A DNA stretch of 64,000 bases, from NCBI RefSeq assembly GCF_036321535.1, contig NC_087437.1, positions 21,330,001-21,394,000 of the forward strand, read 5' to 3'. Below are positions 63,049-64,000 of this stretch, in pieces. The notes under the pieces were generated by a model. It searched no databases and had not been told where the DNA came from. It saw only the letters and a program-made list of their open reading frames with translations. Origin of the DNA: Camelus dromedarius (taxonomy: Eukaryota). Every line of letters starts with the position of its first letter. Within the stretch, counting starts at the first letter, position 1. A program made the translations under genes and the position numbers.

Positions 63049-64000
63049 ATATGCGCAATATTCCTCTTTGTCCCTTTAATAGCTTGTGGCTGTTAGTACA
63101 TCTTATTTGGTATCAATATTGTTTTGCTCACAGTACATCTTTGGCCATTTTAAATTTTCAATCTTTCTTAGATTTAAGAATACTGAATACAGTTTTAGTT
63201 CCAAAACAACTGTCTCTGTATTGCAACTGTATCCTCTTGAGAATTTCCATTCCTCTTTCTTCACATCATGCTTTCTCTTGCCTTTTCCATTCATTCTGCC
63301 TCCACAGGAGGAATTCAGTGATATTCCCTCTTTGGAGTTGCTGCATTCCTTTTAATAGGCTGTCATTGTAACAGCTGTAGGCTACTGTAATCTCTTGGAT
63401 GGTGTAGAACTGGAAATCAGTATAAGATATGCATATTTTAAATCTGATGTGCAAGCAATGAATGAGCTGGCAAAGTGGAACTGCTGTGCTTAGGATATAA
63501 AGGAACAAGAGGAGGATACGCGACAGCTTTCATCTACCTGCGGGGCCACGAATAATTCAGCCACAGCAGCCGCTGAGCCGGCCGCTTCCCAGAGGACTGC
63601 ATATGGCTCACAGGCAAATATGGCCTCTTTCACAGGCCAGAACCATCCAAAGGTACAGTCCACCCAACAGCATGTGCCTCTCAGATAACTGAGGAATCTC
63701 TGATCTTCAACAAAGGTTGTGCTGGGCTTTCAACACCATAGGATAATGAAGCCCTGAGTTACAGTATTTTTTTCTTTTAATTTTTAAAAAATAATACATA
63801 ATTATGTGATTTATCAGGAATACACTCACATACTCGGCTGCTTTTAAATCCTCTCCTACTCCCCTGGTTATGAGTGAATATAATTATCTTCAGGCTTGTT
63901 CTTATTTTAATTAACTATGTAACTTTTAAACCTCCAACTCTTAAGATAAATGCCTTAAGACAAAAAGCTCAGAAACCTTCCTCACTGAATACCTTAATGC

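Larger units (their letters stand above)
1..64000 (-). other. TFDP2: Window lies within the TFDP2 transcription unit (three coding exons plus introns; upstream MTAKNVG... exons and DNA-binding/dimerisation exons are outside the window)
   Basis: Three GT-AG exons splice in frame to the recognisable DP-2 N-terminal sequence. I did not find the preceding exon (…RGFIDQNLSPTK) by eye, so the intron appears to run past 64000. Confidence 0.9.

Overview
Mammalian genomic DNA, AT-rich and repeat-dense. It is very probably camelid (alpaca/llama/camel), judged from three tRNA-Ala-derived SINEs of the camelid Vic-1 type. The whole window lies inside the 5' half of TFDP2 (DP-2, the E2F dimerisation partner) on the minus strand. 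Three coding exons are clear: 6293-6396 (GNISFVAFPVSS...GPQM), 1732-1853 (IISTPQRL...WVPG) and 280-327 (the 48-nt NLS 'E-region' exon, DRKRAREFIDSDFSES). Positions 6397-64000 belong to the very long preceding intron and are mostly L1, L2, MIR, hAT DNA-transposon and LTR remnants. Apart from ORF 1728-1919, which contains a real exon, the supplied ORFs are repeat-derived or chance. The most interesting structure is a set of N-terminal switches for TFDP2: a candidate 16-nt frameshifting microexon (53026-53041), a candidate alternative 5' exon carrying three uORFs (22396-~22536), and overlapping start/stop codons at the end of the 104-nt exon whose outcome depends on the next exon used. Also seen are a TSD-bounded L1 3' transduction (13251-13662), a GATA/E-box/KLF motif cluster (18400-18705) and several odd retro-insertions. 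I see no evidence for a wholly new gene or system. Repeat family names come from remembered consensus sequences and need RepeatMasker/Dfam confirmation.
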